Assembly (NCBI GenBank): GCA_031962025.1
Contig: JAVRKW010000001.1
Direction: 5' to 3' (one strand)
From: Pseudothermotoga sp.
GTDB lineage: Bacteria; Thermotogota; Thermotogae; Thermotogales; DSM-5069
DNA: 64,000 bases
Part shown: one piece after another, positions 51,664 to 62,651 of the stretch
Layout: the number at the start of each line of letters is the position of its first letter
Numbering within the stretch: position 1 is the stretch's first letter
The notes under the pieces: generated by a model
Told to the model about the DNA's origin: nothing
Seen by the model: only the letters and a program-made list of their open reading frames with translations
The model's database searches: none
Translations under genes and position numbers: made by a program

Positions 51664-52203
51664 CTATATTTCTTCAATCGTTATGTTTTTATTTGTGTAT
51701 ATACATATTTCACTGGCTATTTCCATTGATTTTTCCACGATAGTCCTTGCATCCAAGTTTGTATTTCTGATCAATGCTCTTGCCGCCGCAATTGCATATG
51801 GTGCTCCTGAGCCAATTGCTGCAACGTTGTCATCTGGTTGAATGACTTCACCGGTTCCTGAAATTATCAGAACATTGCTCCTGTCTGCAACGAGAAGAAG
51901 TGCTTCAAGCCTTCTTAAAACTCGATCAGTTCTCCAATCCTTGGCAAGCTCAACGGCTGCCTTTGTCAGATTGCCCCCCCACTCTCTCAATTTCGATTCA
52001 AATCTATCAAAGAGCGACATGGCATCAGCAACGGAACCGGCAAAACCTGCTAAGATCTGACCATCACCTATTTTTCTGATCTTTTTTGCTCCATGTTTCA
52101 TTATGGTGTTACCGTATGTCACCTGTCCATCTCCAGCCATCACAGTCTTTCCATCTCTTGAAACAACAAGCACGGTTGTTCCTTTCCACACCATATTTGC
52201 CAC
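51664..52203 (-). CDS. hslV: ATP-dependent protease peptidase subunit HslV
   Basis: Short propeptide then TT, GDGQVT, GFAG..AD, IGSG, CIYTN. Confidence 0.97.
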   Translation of the reverse strand: MANMVWKGTTVLVVSRDGKTVMAGDGQVTYGNTIMKHGAKKIRKIGDGQILAGFAGSVADAMSLFDRFESKLREWGGNLTKAAVELAKDWRTDRVLRRLEALLLVADRSNVLIISGTGEVIQPDDNVAAIGSGAPYAIAAARALIRNTNLDARTIVEKSMEIASEICIYTNKNITIEEI

Positions 52204-52206
52204 CTC

Positions 52207-55200
52207 CTATTTTGACATTGCAAGATCTCTTTGTTTAGCTGACAGCATTTTATAAAATTCAAGAAAACGGTTTTCTCTCTCCCACAAAAGCAACTGATCA
52301 GGCAGATCGGCTATCTTTGCAGAAATTTTATTCAAGACCTGAGAAATTTTGGTTTGATCTTTCAAAGAAAGGCTGATCAAATTGCGAATCTCGTTTAGCA
52401 TGGCATTCGACAGATTTCTGCTTATTGTGAACTTCTGGTTCCATTTTCTATCGTATACCAGAGAATTGAGTTCCGATCTGATTATCGCCTCCCAGTCGAT
52501 GTTCTTCAGATAGCTCTGAATTTGTGGAGCAAAGCCTTTGACTGTTTCATTTATAGCCTGAACTTTTTCCGCGGCGACACCATTTTCAACAAGCACACTT
52601 GACAATGCCTGTGAGATAATGTTCAGATAGTTCTCAATCGCCAGATCTGTGTTGATCTTTTTCACATCTTTTTCAATTCTTTCGTACGAAGGTTGATACA
52701 GTTGCAGCATTTTTTTGTACAGATCCTTTGCCTTTTGCAGATCGGTTTTTTCCAGATCTGCTGCTGCCACCCAGATGTACTCTGCTACTCCATCTGGAAC
52801 TGCCCAGATACCTTTGGCAGCCATTCCTTCACAAGCCCAAGCCTCTTTTTGAGCCAAATATTGCAACAAGTCAAGGATTCGATCGCTCGTAATAGGGTCA
52901 ATCAAGACAGCCAAGGTCGAGATCATTCTATAAACATCTTCGCCAGATATGGCTCTCAAAAGGTCTATGTTCTTCCAATCGGGGAATCTGTTCCATCCAC
53001 CTGGCAACCTGTCTACAGTTGCCTTCGAGTAATCGATGAATTGCTGAACGTATTTTTCCCTTAGTTTTTTGAATTCATCGATTGTGGTTTTGATGGTTGG
53101 ATCGTCCGATTGGCTTTGTAACTCATCGATCAACTTATCTATGGCATCGCACAGAGTCTGGTATCTTGTGACCAATCCTTTGTATGTGTTTCGCTCGTTG
53201 AAAGAAAGCAGTGACGTCTTGAAAAGTCCACAGGAATCAATTATAGATTGTATTGTTGCAATGCTCTGAATCAACTGGGGTTCCTTTTCTATCAAAGAAG
53301 CAGTGAAGGCAAGATCACAGCTTTTGTACTGATCTGCTATACATCGCTGATAATCATCGTATTGTTGTTTTAAAGCAGAATAATCTTTTTTTGAGAGTGC
53401 ATTGGTAATCTCAGAGATCCTGATCGGTCTCAGACACAATGAAGCCAGGTAGAAATGTGCTTTCCCATAGGCATGGTTTATCTTTAACGATTTTACAAGA
53501 TTTTCAGTTGCTTTTTGTGTGTATGTTTTTTCGAGCTCTTCAGCTTTCCTCAAGTTGTTTTGAATATTCATCAAGTTCTTCTGGAGCTCGGTCCTGATGC
53601 TGTTGATTTGATTGATTCTCTGTTTTTCAAGATCTATTCCCGAGAGATTGGAGTACTTATAATTCTCAGGTCTTAGGTATACAAAATCGCCTGTCAGATC
53701 GTTCAGTTCTTCGAGTTTTTGTAAGTAGACCTTTTCGTACTGCTGAAAAACGGATTTGTCGTTGGATACACCAATCAATCCATTGTAGTAATTATTACCG
53801 TTTTTGAAGTATACCTCGCTCACAAAGTAATTCCATTTGAGATAAGTCGAACTCAACACTGTAATTGCTACCAAAACAACGAAAAAGATCATTGCAAGAC
53901 CTTTTAAATGAACCTCATAAGCGAAAATCTTGTTCTTGTTGAAATAAGCTCCTGTTGCGATAGCTGCCAAAAACAGTGCGAGTAAAGAGTTAGGCAGAAT
54001 ATGACCTGGAAAACTGAAAAAACTCTGAATCATGAACGCAACAAAAGCACAAGTCATCGCAACAAACAGCAACAAATCATCTCTGTCCTGCACTGTCTTA
54101 AGATACTTGAAAGCGTAGATGATCAGCACGCAGATGAGCAATATCACGACAGAAAAGCCAAAAATCCCTGTTTCACCCAGAATTTGTAGATAATCGTTGT
54201 GCGTACGCTTGAAGTTGTTCCAGCCATATAGCAGCTCTGGATGATCTTTCATCGCTTTCTGTAACATGTCAATTGCCATAAGCTGGTATGTTCCAATACC
54301 AGTACCGATTATCTTGCTGTCTTTCCACTGGTATATGGATCCCAGCCATGCCAGAAGTCTTTCATCGCGGCTGGAAACAAATACCGTTGCTGAAAATCTG
54401 CTTACTACAGAGATTTGCCCATTGTTCGTTAGAGGGTTATCTGTGTTGTAGACAACAAGAATAAGTACAACACCTACAAGCAATACTGACAAAAGCAATT
54501 TGTTTATCTTTCTGATTTTTGGAAGATCTTTTTCAATATTTTTGTTTTGAATGTTGATTTGAGTTTTTTTTGAGTAAAAAAGATAGAAAACGATAAAAAC
54601 AAAAGTCGAGAAAATCATCGATATATACTCGGATCTGGTTTGACTGATAACAACGATGGTGAGAAACAGAAAGATCGATACCAAGGAAAATATTTTAACC
54701 ATGAGAGTGTTTCTATAACTGTATTTTTTCCAACCAAAATCCAGGCTGAGAAGGAAATAAATGGCTGATATCAGTAGCATCGTCATGTAGTTTGCGACAA
54801 AAATGGTATTTCCAACTGTACTTTTTATAGCGGCTCTTGAATAAGCTTCACCGACGGTACCCAGGAAAATACTCTTACCGGTGTAGAAATTCAAAAGTGC
54901 GTCGATTGCAACGATAACTCCTGTTCCAATAAAAGTCAAAAGCAGGCGGGTGATTGATTCTTTGTCCTTGAACCTGTTTGATACATAAAGCCCAATGAAA
55001 GCGGTCAAAACTATGTAGATTGCGATGTCTATGGAATATCTGAAATAGAACCTGTTCTGCCTGTAAACGGCTATTGTGGATAACAATGAAGCAAAAGAAA
55101 AGAAAAACCACAGGATGTTTGCCATCGAAATGTAAAGTTTCATCTGTTTTTCTTTGTATAGTCTATAAATGAGCATCACAGAGATGAGCAAAGTAAAAGC

Positions 55201-55311
55201 CGTCAGAATGGCATATTTTGGTACGCTGAATTCGTATGTGACATACTTGTTTGCAAAAAGTGCAACAACTATAACGGTAAGATGTAGCAGGATTTCTTCG
55301 ACCTTACTCAT
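52207..55311 (-). CDS. O-antigen ligase/Wzy_C family membrane protein with large helical C-terminal region
   Basis: About 12 TM helices, GNTIF, SQTRS, GTGIGTY, THNDYLQILGETGIFG; about 540-aa soluble tail. Confidence 0.82.
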   Translation of the reverse strand: MSKVEEILLHLTVIVVALFANKYVTYEFSVPKYAILTAFTLLISVMLIYRLYKEKQMKLYISMANILWFFFSFASLLSTIAVYRQNRFYFRYSIDIAIYIVLTAFIGLYVSNRFKDKESITRLLLTFIGTGVIVAIDALLNFYTGKSIFLGTVGEAYSRAAIKSTVGNTIFVANYMTMLLISAIYFLLSLDFGWKKYSYRNTLMVKIFSLVSIFLFLTIVVISQTRSEYISMIFSTFVFIVFYLFYSKKTQINIQNKNIEKDLPKIRKINKLLLSVLLVGVVLILVVYNTDNPLTNNGQISVVSRFSATVFVSSRDERLLAWLGSIYQWKDSKIIGTGIGTYQLMAIDMLQKAMKDHPELLYGWNNFKRTHNDYLQILGETGIFGFSVVILLICVLIIYAFKYLKTVQDRDDLLLFVAMTCAFVAFMIQSFFSFPGHILPNSLLALFLAAIATGAYFNKNKIFAYEVHLKGLAMIFFVVLVAITVLSSTYLKWNYFVSEVYFKNGNNYYNGLIGVSNDKSVFQQYEKVYLQKLEELNDLTGDFVYLRPENYKYSNLSGIDLEKQRINQINSIRTELQKNLMNIQNNLRKAEELEKTYTQKATENLVKSLKINHAYGKAHFYLASLCLRPIRISEITNALSKKDYSALKQQYDDYQRCIADQYKSCDLAFTASLIEKEPQLIQSIATIQSIIDSCGLFKTSLLSFNERNTYKGLVTRYQTLCDAIDKLIDELQSQSDDPTIKTTIDEFKKLREKYVQQFIDYSKATVDRLPGGWNRFPDWKNIDLLRAISGEDVYRMISTLAVLIDPITSDRILDLLQYLAQKEAWACEGMAAKGIWAVPDGVAEYIWVAAADLEKTDLQKAKDLYKKMLQLYQPSYERIEKDVKKINTDLAIENYLNIISQALSSVLVENGVAAEKVQAINETVKGFAPQIQSYLKNIDWEAIIRSELNSLVYDRKWNQKFTISRNLSNAMLNEIRNLISLSLKDQTKISQVLNKISAKIADLPDQLLLWERENRFLEFYKMLSAKQRDLAMSK

Positions 55312-56206
55312 TCTTTTTGCCTCCTTTGTCGTACCAAAACATCTTCAAGGATAAGACTACCACAATTGAGCCAATAAGTGATATGAGTATGGAAGACTCA
55401 ATATATTTTAGAACAGCAAAAATAATGGCAATCACTGCTGTTACCAGTACTGTCATGCGATCTTTTAAAATTTTCGAGCCTTTGATTCTGCGCCATATTT
55501 TATCGTATATGTGATCTCTGTCACCTTCAAAAGGTGATTTTCTGGCAATAACCCTTCTGACGATACTGCTGAAGATGTCTAAGAATAAAATCCAAAATGG
55601 AAAAAAGACATTTAAACTGAAAGGTATTTCAAGGTTTGAAAGAATAGCATAGCTGATAATCGACCCTAACAGATAACTTCCAGCATCTCCCATAAAGATC
55701 TTGGCGGGCGGAAAATTGTACACAAGATATCCACTGACAGATCCCACAACTGCCCATTGGAATGGAAGATTAACTGAAAAAATCATTCCAATCAGCGCAA
55801 CTACAGCACATATTCCATCCATTCCATCTATCATGTTTGTGGCATTCACAGTCAGGACAAAGATGAAGGTGTAAAAAATATTTGTGAGTAAATCATGAGT
55901 CAGTATGGAGCTCAAAAACCAGCCGGTGATAAACTCCACGCCAAGCCTTATATACCATTTAATGGGTTTGATATCGTCTAACAGACCAAGTACAAACATG
56001 ATTGATGTCAATGCGATCAATTTCGCATTCATAAAGGGCAGGATACCTGCATAGATCGCCAGACCGCCGAGGTACGGAGTCACTTTCTGGTGAGTTTTTA
56101 GTAAGCCGTCTGGTCTATCCACGATCGCAAACTTTCTGCCAAGAAACATGGCAAAAGGTGTGACGACAAGTGATATCAAAAAAGAGACTAAAGCCTGGAT
56201 TATCAT
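55304..56206 (-). CDS. WecA/TagO-like polyprenyl-phosphate GlcNAc-1-P transferase (MraY/PNPT family)
   Basis: VDRP..KTH..TPYLGGLA, GLLDD, NMIDGMDG, YNFPPAKIFMGDAGS, DRDHIY. Confidence 0.9.
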   Translation of the reverse strand: MIIQALVSFLISLVVTPFAMFLGRKFAIVDRPDGLLKTHQKVTPYLGGLAIYAGILPFMNAKLIALTSIMFVLGLLDDIKPIKWYIRLGVEFITGWFLSSILTHDLLTNIFYTFIFVLTVNATNMIDGMDGICAVVALIGMIFSVNLPFQWAVVGSVSGYLVYNFPPAKIFMGDAGSYLLGSIISYAILSNLEIPFSLNVFFPFWILFLDIFSSIVRRVIARKSPFEGDRDHIYDKIWRRIKGSKILKDRMTVLVTAVIAIIFAVLKYIESSILISLIGSIVVVLSLKMFWYDKGGKKNE

Positions 56207-56889
56207 TTACTCATCATCCTCGCAAAAAGATCAACGATTGGCGCGAAAATAAGGGCAGGTAGGAAATTACCAACCCGTATGTCTTTAATTTCGAGTAATC
56301 TTATACCTATTGCGACTACGATCAAACCACCGACACCCGTGAAATCTGCAAGATAGACTTTGTCTGTGAGAAAAACAAGCTGCGAAGAAAAGATCACGAG
56401 CAGTCCCTGGACCACAAATACCACTAAGGATGTTGTCAGAACACTTATACCATACAAAGAAGCCAAAATCACAGATGATATGAAATCGAGAACGGATTTT
56501 ATGTATATGAGTGTGCCGTCTTTTGCCAAGCCAGCCCTGACAGAACCTACAATTGTCATCGGACCTACCAGAAAAAGTGTCGTGGCTGTTACAAAACCTT
56601 TTGCAAATCTGCTGGAATCTTTTGATATTTTCCCTACAGAAGCGATTCTGTCTTCGATCTTGAGCAATTCACCGACCATCACTCCCAAAGCAAGTGAGAT
56701 AAGAACGACTATGAAATTAGATGTCTCAAGGCTCATTTTGATACCTATCCCAATGGTCGTCAACCCGACCGACTGGAACAACACCTTTCTCAACCCGTCT
56801 GGAATAGATTTTCCCAAGAACATACCGATGGCTGAACCGGCTGCAACCGATAAACTGTTCACAAGTACCGAGATGTGTATTTTCATCAC
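56203..56889 (-). CDS. DUF554 family membrane protein
   Basis: GFVTATTLFLVGPMTIVGS, KSVLD, IRVGNFLPAL. Confidence 0.88.
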   Translation of the reverse strand: MMKIHISVLVNSLSVAAGSAIGMFLGKSIPDGLRKVLFQSVGLTTIGIGIKMSLETSNFIVVLISLALGVMVGELLKIEDRIASVGKISKDSSRFAKGFVTATTLFLVGPMTIVGSVRAGLAKDGTLIYIKSVLDFISSVILASLYGISVLTTSLVVFVVQGLLVIFSSQLVFLTDKVYLADFTGVGGLIVVAIGIRLLEIKDIRVGNFLPALIFAPIVDLFARMMSK

Positions 56890-56928
56890 CTCCTTATTAG
56901 GTTATATTATATATTTGGAGGTGGAACT

Positions 56929-57696
56929 TTGCTTTTGCTTTTTGATGTTGGAAATACACACACCGTTGCGGGTTTTACAAAAGATGGGAAAAATTTCATC
57001 AAATGGAGGTTAGCAACACATAAGTTTGAAACAGAAGATGAACTGTTTGTTTTACTCAAATCTTTACTTGATGATAGTCACATCAGTTTCTCGCAGATCA
57101 ATTCGGTGGTCATAGCCTCGGTTGTGCCCCCGGTGAATTACATTTTCCACAGGTTCTCTGAGAAATATCTTGGAATAAAGAATCTGTGGGTGGAAGCATC
57201 AGATGGATTGGGAATAAAGTGGAATGTGAGAAATCCAATGGAGATTGGTGCGGATAGAATAGCAAATGTCTTGGGAGCTGCAAACACGTGCAGTGATGCA
57301 ATCATTCTGGACTGCGGAACTGCGATAACAATAGATGTATTGATGTCTGGATCTTACGAAGGAGGGGCGATCCTTCCTGGTCTAATGACAGCCGCTCATT
57401 CTCTGTTTGAAAAAACGGCAAAGCTTCCACAGGTTGATCTGTACACCCCACAGAATTGCATTGGTAAGGACACGGCTGAGAATATAAGAATTGGTATAGT
57501 GAAAGGCACTGCACATGCATTGAACGGTCTTGTAGAGGAAGTTAAGGGGTGTTTTAAAAACAATCCAGTGATTTTTTTGACGGGCGGTCAGAGCAAGGTT
57601 TTGGAAAAACTCGTTCAATGTGATGTAAAAGATCCAGATCTCACTTTGAAAGGGATGTACAGCTATTGGCAGAAAAAATGCGTGTCTTACTCGTAA
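56929..57696 (+). CDS. coaX: Type III pantothenate kinase
   Basis: DVGNTH, SVVP, IGADR, DCGTAIT.D, GGAILPG. Confidence 0.94.
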   Translation: MLLLFDVGNTHTVAGFTKDGKNFIKWRLATHKFETEDELFVLLKSLLDDSHISFSQINSVVIASVVPPVNYIFHRFSEKYLGIKNLWVEASDGLGIKWNVRNPMEIGADRIANVLGAANTCSDAIILDCGTAITIDVLMSGSYEGGAILPGLMTAAHSLFEKTAKLPQVDLYTPQNCIGKDTAENIRIGIVKGTAHALNGLVEEVKGCFKNNPVIFLTGGQSKVLEKLVQCDVKDPDLTLKGMYSYWQKKCVSYS

Positions 57697-59006
57697 ATCC
57701 ATGGATTTACGATTTTGCCGCTTATGATTTCTGGCTCAAGCCACTGGGTTTGTTGTATGTCGGCTCCATGTTGAAAAAGCTCGGCTTTGAAGTACAATTG
57801 ATAGATCTTCTGAATCGCCATGATCCAGAGCTGTCGAATTTTGTCAAGCCAAAGCCAGACAAGAAATTTGGAACTGGGAAGTTCAACAGTTTTCAGGTGG
57901 AAAAACCAGACTTTCTCAAAAACATTCCTCGAAAATACAAATGCTACGGTGCACCTGTTGAGTATTTTCTGTCTAAATTGGACAAAGCGGGAAAACCAGA
58001 TGCTGTATTTGTAACTTCATCTCTGACTTACTGGTGGCCAGGTGTAGCACACACGATATGCTACATCAAACAGATCATGCCTGATGTTCCCGTGGTCCTT
58101 GGAGGACTCTATGCAAGGCTTTATCCAGAGCATGCGAAGAAAAACACCAGAGCAGATTATGTTTTCAGCGAAGAACTTTCCAAGATCAATGGTTTGATGA
58201 GTTCTTTATTTTGCAAAAACATCGATTTTGACATAGAGAACTGGTTTGAGACCCTTGAGCCAGCATATGAACTGTATGAAAAAGTGGGATATCTGGTGTT
58301 TTTGACATCTCTTGGTTGTCCTTACAGATGTACCTATTGCATTTCTCCAAAATTGTGGAAAAGGTTCATCCAGAGAAAACCTTCAGCAGTTGTCCAGACC
58401 ATAGAGAAGTATCTTGATCTTTTTAGAGTGAAAGATGTGGTGTTTTTCGACGATGCGATATTGATAAACAAAGAAAACCATTTCAAACCCTTGCTGAGAT
58501 TGCTCATTGAAAAGAACTTTGGTGTGAATTACCATTTGCCCAATGGAATACACGCAAGACTTGTAGATGAAGAACTCGCTCTGCTCATGAAAGAAGCTGG
58601 TTTCAAAACCATAAAACTTGGTTATGAGACAACAGGCAGACTGCAAAAGCTCACAGGTGGAAAGGTTTACGACCAGGATCTGATCAGATCCGCACGGATT
58701 TTAAAAAAGGCAGGTTTTACAGAACAAGAAGTGCAGGCTTACATAATGGTCAACATGCCGTTTCAAAAAGTTGATGATGTACTGAGAGCCATAGAAATCT
58801 GCAAAAATGAAGGAATATCTGTATCGATAAACGAGTACACACCAATCCCTGGTTCACAAGACTGGTATGCACTCGTTGAAAAAGGTATCTTGGATGAACA
58901 GATTGATCCTGCACTGCTGAACAACACAGCAATACCTTACTGGTTCAAATTTGGTATGGATGACAAGACCATCCAGATGATTAAAAACACAGCGCACAAA
59001 AGATGA
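57678..59006 (+). CDS. B12-binding-domain radical SAM protein
   Basis: PLGLLY, VVLGG.YA, GCPYRCTYC, FFDD, PNGIHAR. Confidence 0.88.
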   Translation: MRVLLVNPWIYDFAAYDFWLKPLGLLYVGSMLKKLGFEVQLIDLLNRHDPELSNFVKPKPDKKFGTGKFNSFQVEKPDFLKNIPRKYKCYGAPVEYFLSKLDKAGKPDAVFVTSSLTYWWPGVAHTICYIKQIMPDVPVVLGGLYARLYPEHAKKNTRADYVFSEELSKINGLMSSLFCKNIDFDIENWFETLEPAYELYEKVGYLVFLTSLGCPYRCTYCISPKLWKRFIQRKPSAVVQTIEKYLDLFRVKDVVFFDDAILINKENHFKPLLRLLIEKNFGVNYHLPNGIHARLVDEELALLMKEAGFKTIKLGYETTGRLQKLTGGKVYDQDLIRSARILKKAGFTEQEVQAYIMVNMPFQKVDDVLRAIEICKNEGISVSINEYTPIPGSQDWYALVEKGILDEQIDPALLNNTAIPYWFKFGMDDKTIQMIKNTAHKR

Positions 59007-59007
59007 C

Positions 59008-60015
59008 CTATTCTTTTTTGGTGATTTTTGATGCAATTATACCTACACCCGGTTTGTACCCCTTAGCCATGGACAGAGTGTTTGCCATTTTTTGAAAAAT
59101 CACTATCACGGGTATCGAAGACAATGTCTCCATAAGACCTTTTTTCAATATGACAGACCTGTGATTCAAAACATCCTGGTCTGTAATACACCAGACATTA
59201 TCGTAAGAAGAAAGATCAGCCAGAAGATCGAGTGAAAGACTGATTGTCCTGCCCTGTAAAGCGACGATACCCACCAGAGGATTTGTCACCATGAGCTCCA
59301 TTGGACCGTGTCTGAAACCTGCTCCGCTATAAACAACGCAGTTTATTTTCGAGATCTCTGCAAGCGTAAGCTGAGCCATTTTGAGTATGGGTATGGCAAA
59401 ACCTCTTCCAACCAGAATCGGGTCTGGTTTTTCAAGAACGGCTTTACTGAATGAATCGACATCGATGTTGAGTGCATCTTCAACGTGATCTGCCAATCTT
59501 TCAAGATCAAGTTCTTCACCAACCCAGGTCGAGCCAATCAATAACAAAGTCAGTATCGTGTTGACAAAAGTTTTCGAAGATCCCATGGCTCTCTCCAAAC
59601 CTGCAAAAATTGGGAAGACCTTAGACTGTGGAAAAACCTGTGCATTGAAACTCTGTGGATTGTTTGTGACAAGTGCACAGTTATCCAGCTTTTTGGAGAA
59701 AATATCGATGAATCTTGTTAACTCGGCTGTTTCGCCTGATTGACTGATCAAAAAAATTGAATCATACTGTCTGAGCAGTTTTTCGCTGTCATACCATATA
59801 GATTCAGACAGTTCCCGACATTGAGCGTCGATCCCAAAAGATCTCAGATATATCATTGCATACAAAGAAGCATAATAAGAAGCTCCCATGCCAAGAAATA
59901 GAACTCTTTCGTGTTTCAGCTGCGATGCTTTTTTCTTCAACTCTTTCTTTTGAGTTGAGAGATTTCTTATAGCCTGTGGTTGTTCAAAAACATCTTCAAG
60001 AAAAATCGATGTCAT
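59008..60015 (-). CDS. SIS-domain sugar-phosphate isomerase/aminotransferase-like protein
   Basis: EQPQA, GMGAS, ISQSGET, SKTF, FRHGP. Confidence 0.88.
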   Translation of the reverse strand: MTSIFLEDVFEQPQAIRNLSTQKKELKKKASQLKHERVLFLGMGASYYASLYAMIYLRSFGIDAQCRELSESIWYDSEKLLRQYDSIFLISQSGETAELTRFIDIFSKKLDNCALVTNNPQSFNAQVFPQSKVFPIFAGLERAMGSSKTFVNTILTLLLIGSTWVGEELDLERLADHVEDALNIDVDSFSKAVLEKPDPILVGRGFAIPILKMAQLTLAEISKINCVVYSGAGFRHGPMELMVTNPLVGIVALQGRTISLSLDLLADLSSYDNVWCITDQDVLNHRSVILKKGLMETLSSIPVIVIFQKMANTLSMAKGYKPGVGIIASKITKKE

Positions 60016-60139
60016 TTGTCAAGCCCTCCTTTATGGTAGTCGGTTAAGTTTATAGCACAAGATTTTAAAAACTGTTCAGACAAAAGGCAAACAAATCGTG
60101 TAAAATACTCAACGGGTACTGAAAGAGGAGCGTGAAAGC

Positions 60140-62167
60140 ATGCCAAGACTCAGAGTATATGAACTTGCCAAGAAATTGAATATGTCTGCAAAGGATTTAC
60201 TTCAGGAACTTGAAGAACTCGGGCTGGATGTCAAAAACCATATGAGCTATATAGATGAAGAAACTGTGAGCCTGATCCTTGAAATATTTGAAGAAGAAGA
60301 AGCATCGGTGAAAGCAAAGACTGCAAAACCAAAAAAAGAAAAGGAAAAAGAAGAGGAAGAAGAACTTTCTCAGGAAGTGTTCATTAACCCTGATGAAACG
60401 CAACTCAATACCTTTGCCATGAAGATAGGTGTTCCTCTTAACAGAATCATACAGGATATGTTTAGCAAAGGTGTCGTTCTAAAGCCAGCGCAGCAGTTGG
60501 ATGAGAAGCTTGCCAGAGAGATAGCAAGAATGTACGGATATCGCTTGAGATTACAGCAACCTTCGGTTCAAACAGAACAGGAAGAAGTGACAGAAAATGC
60601 ACTTGAAAAACTCGAAAGGTATTTCGAGACACTTTATACTGTTCATAAGGATGAACTGACGATCCGCCCTCCTGTCGTTACAGTCATGGGGCATGTGGAT
60701 CACGGTAAGACAACGCTTCTGGATAGGATAAGAAAAACAAGAGTTGCGGAACAGGAAGTCGGCGGTATCACACAATCCATAGGTGCTTATCAAGTCGTCC
60801 ACAACGGGAAAAAGATCACCTTCATTGACACTCCCGGACATGAACTTTTCACCGAAATGCGTGCAAAAGGTGTTCAGGCAACGGACATAGTGGTTCTCGT
60901 TGTTGCTGCAGATGATGGAGTTATGCCTCAGACGATTGAAGCTTACAATCACGCAAAGACTGCCAATGTGCCTGTTATTGTTGCGATAAACAAAATCGAT
61001 AAACCAAATGCGAACGTTGAACTGACCAAACGTCAATTGGTAGACAAATTGAATCTCGTGCCGGAAGACTGGGGTGGAGACACGATAGTCGTACCCATCT
61101 CGGCACGCGTTGGAACCGGAATTGACGAGTTACTCGAAATGATACTGCTACTTTCTGAGATGAAAGAAATAAAATGCTATCCCAAAGGTCCTGCCAGATG
61201 TGTCATTATCGAATCAAAGCTCGACAGATCGCTTGGTCCGGTGGCAAATGTCATAGTAAAAGACGGCATACTGAAAGTCGGAGATTACCTGGTCTCAGGA
61301 CCCGTTTATTGTAAAGTCAGAACATTGATAGATGACAAGGGAAGGTCAATCAAAAGTGCAGAGCCTTCTCAACCTGTGATGATCGTAGGATTCGAAGAGG
61401 TTCCGGACATAAGGTACATGGTTTACGCTGTTGAGAATCTCGAGACTGCCCGTCTTGTTACTCAGCAGTTGAAAGAAAGACTCGATAAGGACAAGATAGC
61501 CAAAAGAAAGGTCAGGCTCGAAGAACTGCTGAAGATGATGGAACAATCAGATAAGAAAGAATTGAACATAATTCTCAAGGCAGACACATACGGTTCACTG
61601 AGTGCCGTACAGAACGCTATTGCTTCGATTAAAAGTGAAGAAATTAAAGTTAATGTCGTACATTCAGCGATTGGAACTATTAACACCAGCGACGTGATGT
61701 TAGCTTCGGCAAGTAATGGAATAATAGTCGGTTTCAGGGTGAAGGTGGACTCCCAAGCCAGAAAAGCCGCAGAAAGCGAAGGTGTACAGATAAAGACTTA
61801 CGAAATCATCTACGATCTGCTGGATAATCTGAAACTTGCCCTTGAGGGCATGCTGAAACCACAGATTGTTGAAGAACTCACTGGACACGGTGAGATCAAG
61901 AAGATTTTCGATATTAAAAAAGTTGGTAAGATCGCAGGAGTCCAGCTTATCGATGGGTTTGTTAGGAAAGACTGTGTTGTGAAGATCTACAGAAACGGCA
62001 ATTTCATTCTCAGCGATGAGATAGAAAGTCTCAAACACTACAAACAGGATGTTGACAGAGTTGATGCGCCTCAAGAGTGTGGTATCAAACTGAAAACAGC
62101 CTCAGAAATCAGAGAGGGCGATGAACTGGAGTTTTATCAAAAAGTACAGGTTCAGAGAAAACTCTAA
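60140..62167 (+). CDS. infB: Translation initiation factor IF-2
   Basis: [29 protein letters not shown]. Confidence 0.98.
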   Translation: MPRLRVYELAKKLNMSAKDLLQELEELGLDVKNHMSYIDEETVSLILEIFEEEEASVKAKTAKPKKEKEKEEEEELSQEVFINPDETQLNTFAMKIGVPLNRIIQDMFSKGVVLKPAQQLDEKLAREIARMYGYRLRLQQPSVQTEQEEVTENALEKLERYFETLYTVHKDELTIRPPVVTVMGHVDHGKTTLLDRIRKTRVAEQEVGGITQSIGAYQVVHNGKKITFIDTPGHELFTEMRAKGVQATDIVVLVVAADDGVMPQTIEAYNHAKTANVPVIVAINKIDKPNANVELTKRQLVDKLNLVPEDWGGDTIVVPISARVGTGIDELLEMILLLSEMKEIKCYPKGPARCVIIESKLDRSLGPVANVIVKDGILKVGDYLVSGPVYCKVRTLIDDKGRSIKSAEPSQPVMIVGFEEVPDIRYMVYAVENLETARLVTQQLKERLDKDKIAKRKVRLEELLKMMEQSDKKELNIILKADTYGSLSAVQNAIASIKSEEIKVNVVHSAIGTINTSDVMLASASNGIIVGFRVKVDSQARKAAESEGVQIKTYEIIYDLLDNLKLALEGMLKPQIVEELTGHGEIKKIFDIKKVGKIAGVQLIDGFVRKDCVVKIYRNGNFILSDEIESLKHYKQDVDRVDAPQECGIKLKTASEIREGDELEFYQKVQVQRKL

Positions 62168-62574
62168 CCTTTGTGGCGCAGGTATTCTTCACACTGTGAA
62201 CAAATTCCATAGACGATCAATTCGGTTCTCTGAACCTTGCCCGGTACGTTAACTGTAGCTTTGTAGTTGATGTCATAAACATTGCCGCAAATCTCACAAA
62301 CAAAGTGTCCGTGATCAGATGTGTTAATATCGTATATTGTTGTGGTCTCGCTGATGGATATTTTCTTTATCTGTCCCATTTCCTCTAAGGTGTGCAATGT
62401 GTTGTAAACTGTTGTGAATGAAACACTCCCAACCTTTGACAGAACGTGCTCGTATATCTGCTGTGCTGTTGGATGAATTCTGTTGTTCTGCAAAAACCTG
62501 AGTATCTCCACCCTCTGGGGCGTGATTTTTAACCCATGGTTTTTCAATATCTCAACTATCTGGTTCAATGACAT
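62164..62574 (-). CDS. Fur family transcriptional regulator (PerR-like)
   Basis: [32 protein letters not shown]. Confidence 0.92.
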   Translation of the reverse strand: MSLNQIVEILKNHGLKITPQRVEILRFLQNNRIHPTAQQIYEHVLSKVGSVSFTTVYNTLHTLEEMGQIKKISISETTTIYDINTSDHGHFVCEICGNVYDINYKATVNVPGKVQRTELIVYGICSQCEEYLRHKG

Positions 62575-62651
62575 TGATCTACCTCCAACCTTTTCTGAGT
62601 TATTATACCATTACTTTCAGACAATTTGATTTATAATCAATTTGGGAGGAG

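Noticed and set aside
56360..57013. 217-aa plus-strand ORF and other long antisense ORFs (e.g. 38659-39237, 44533-45114)
   Set aside because: They mirror well-supported opposite-strand genes and have no independent motifs
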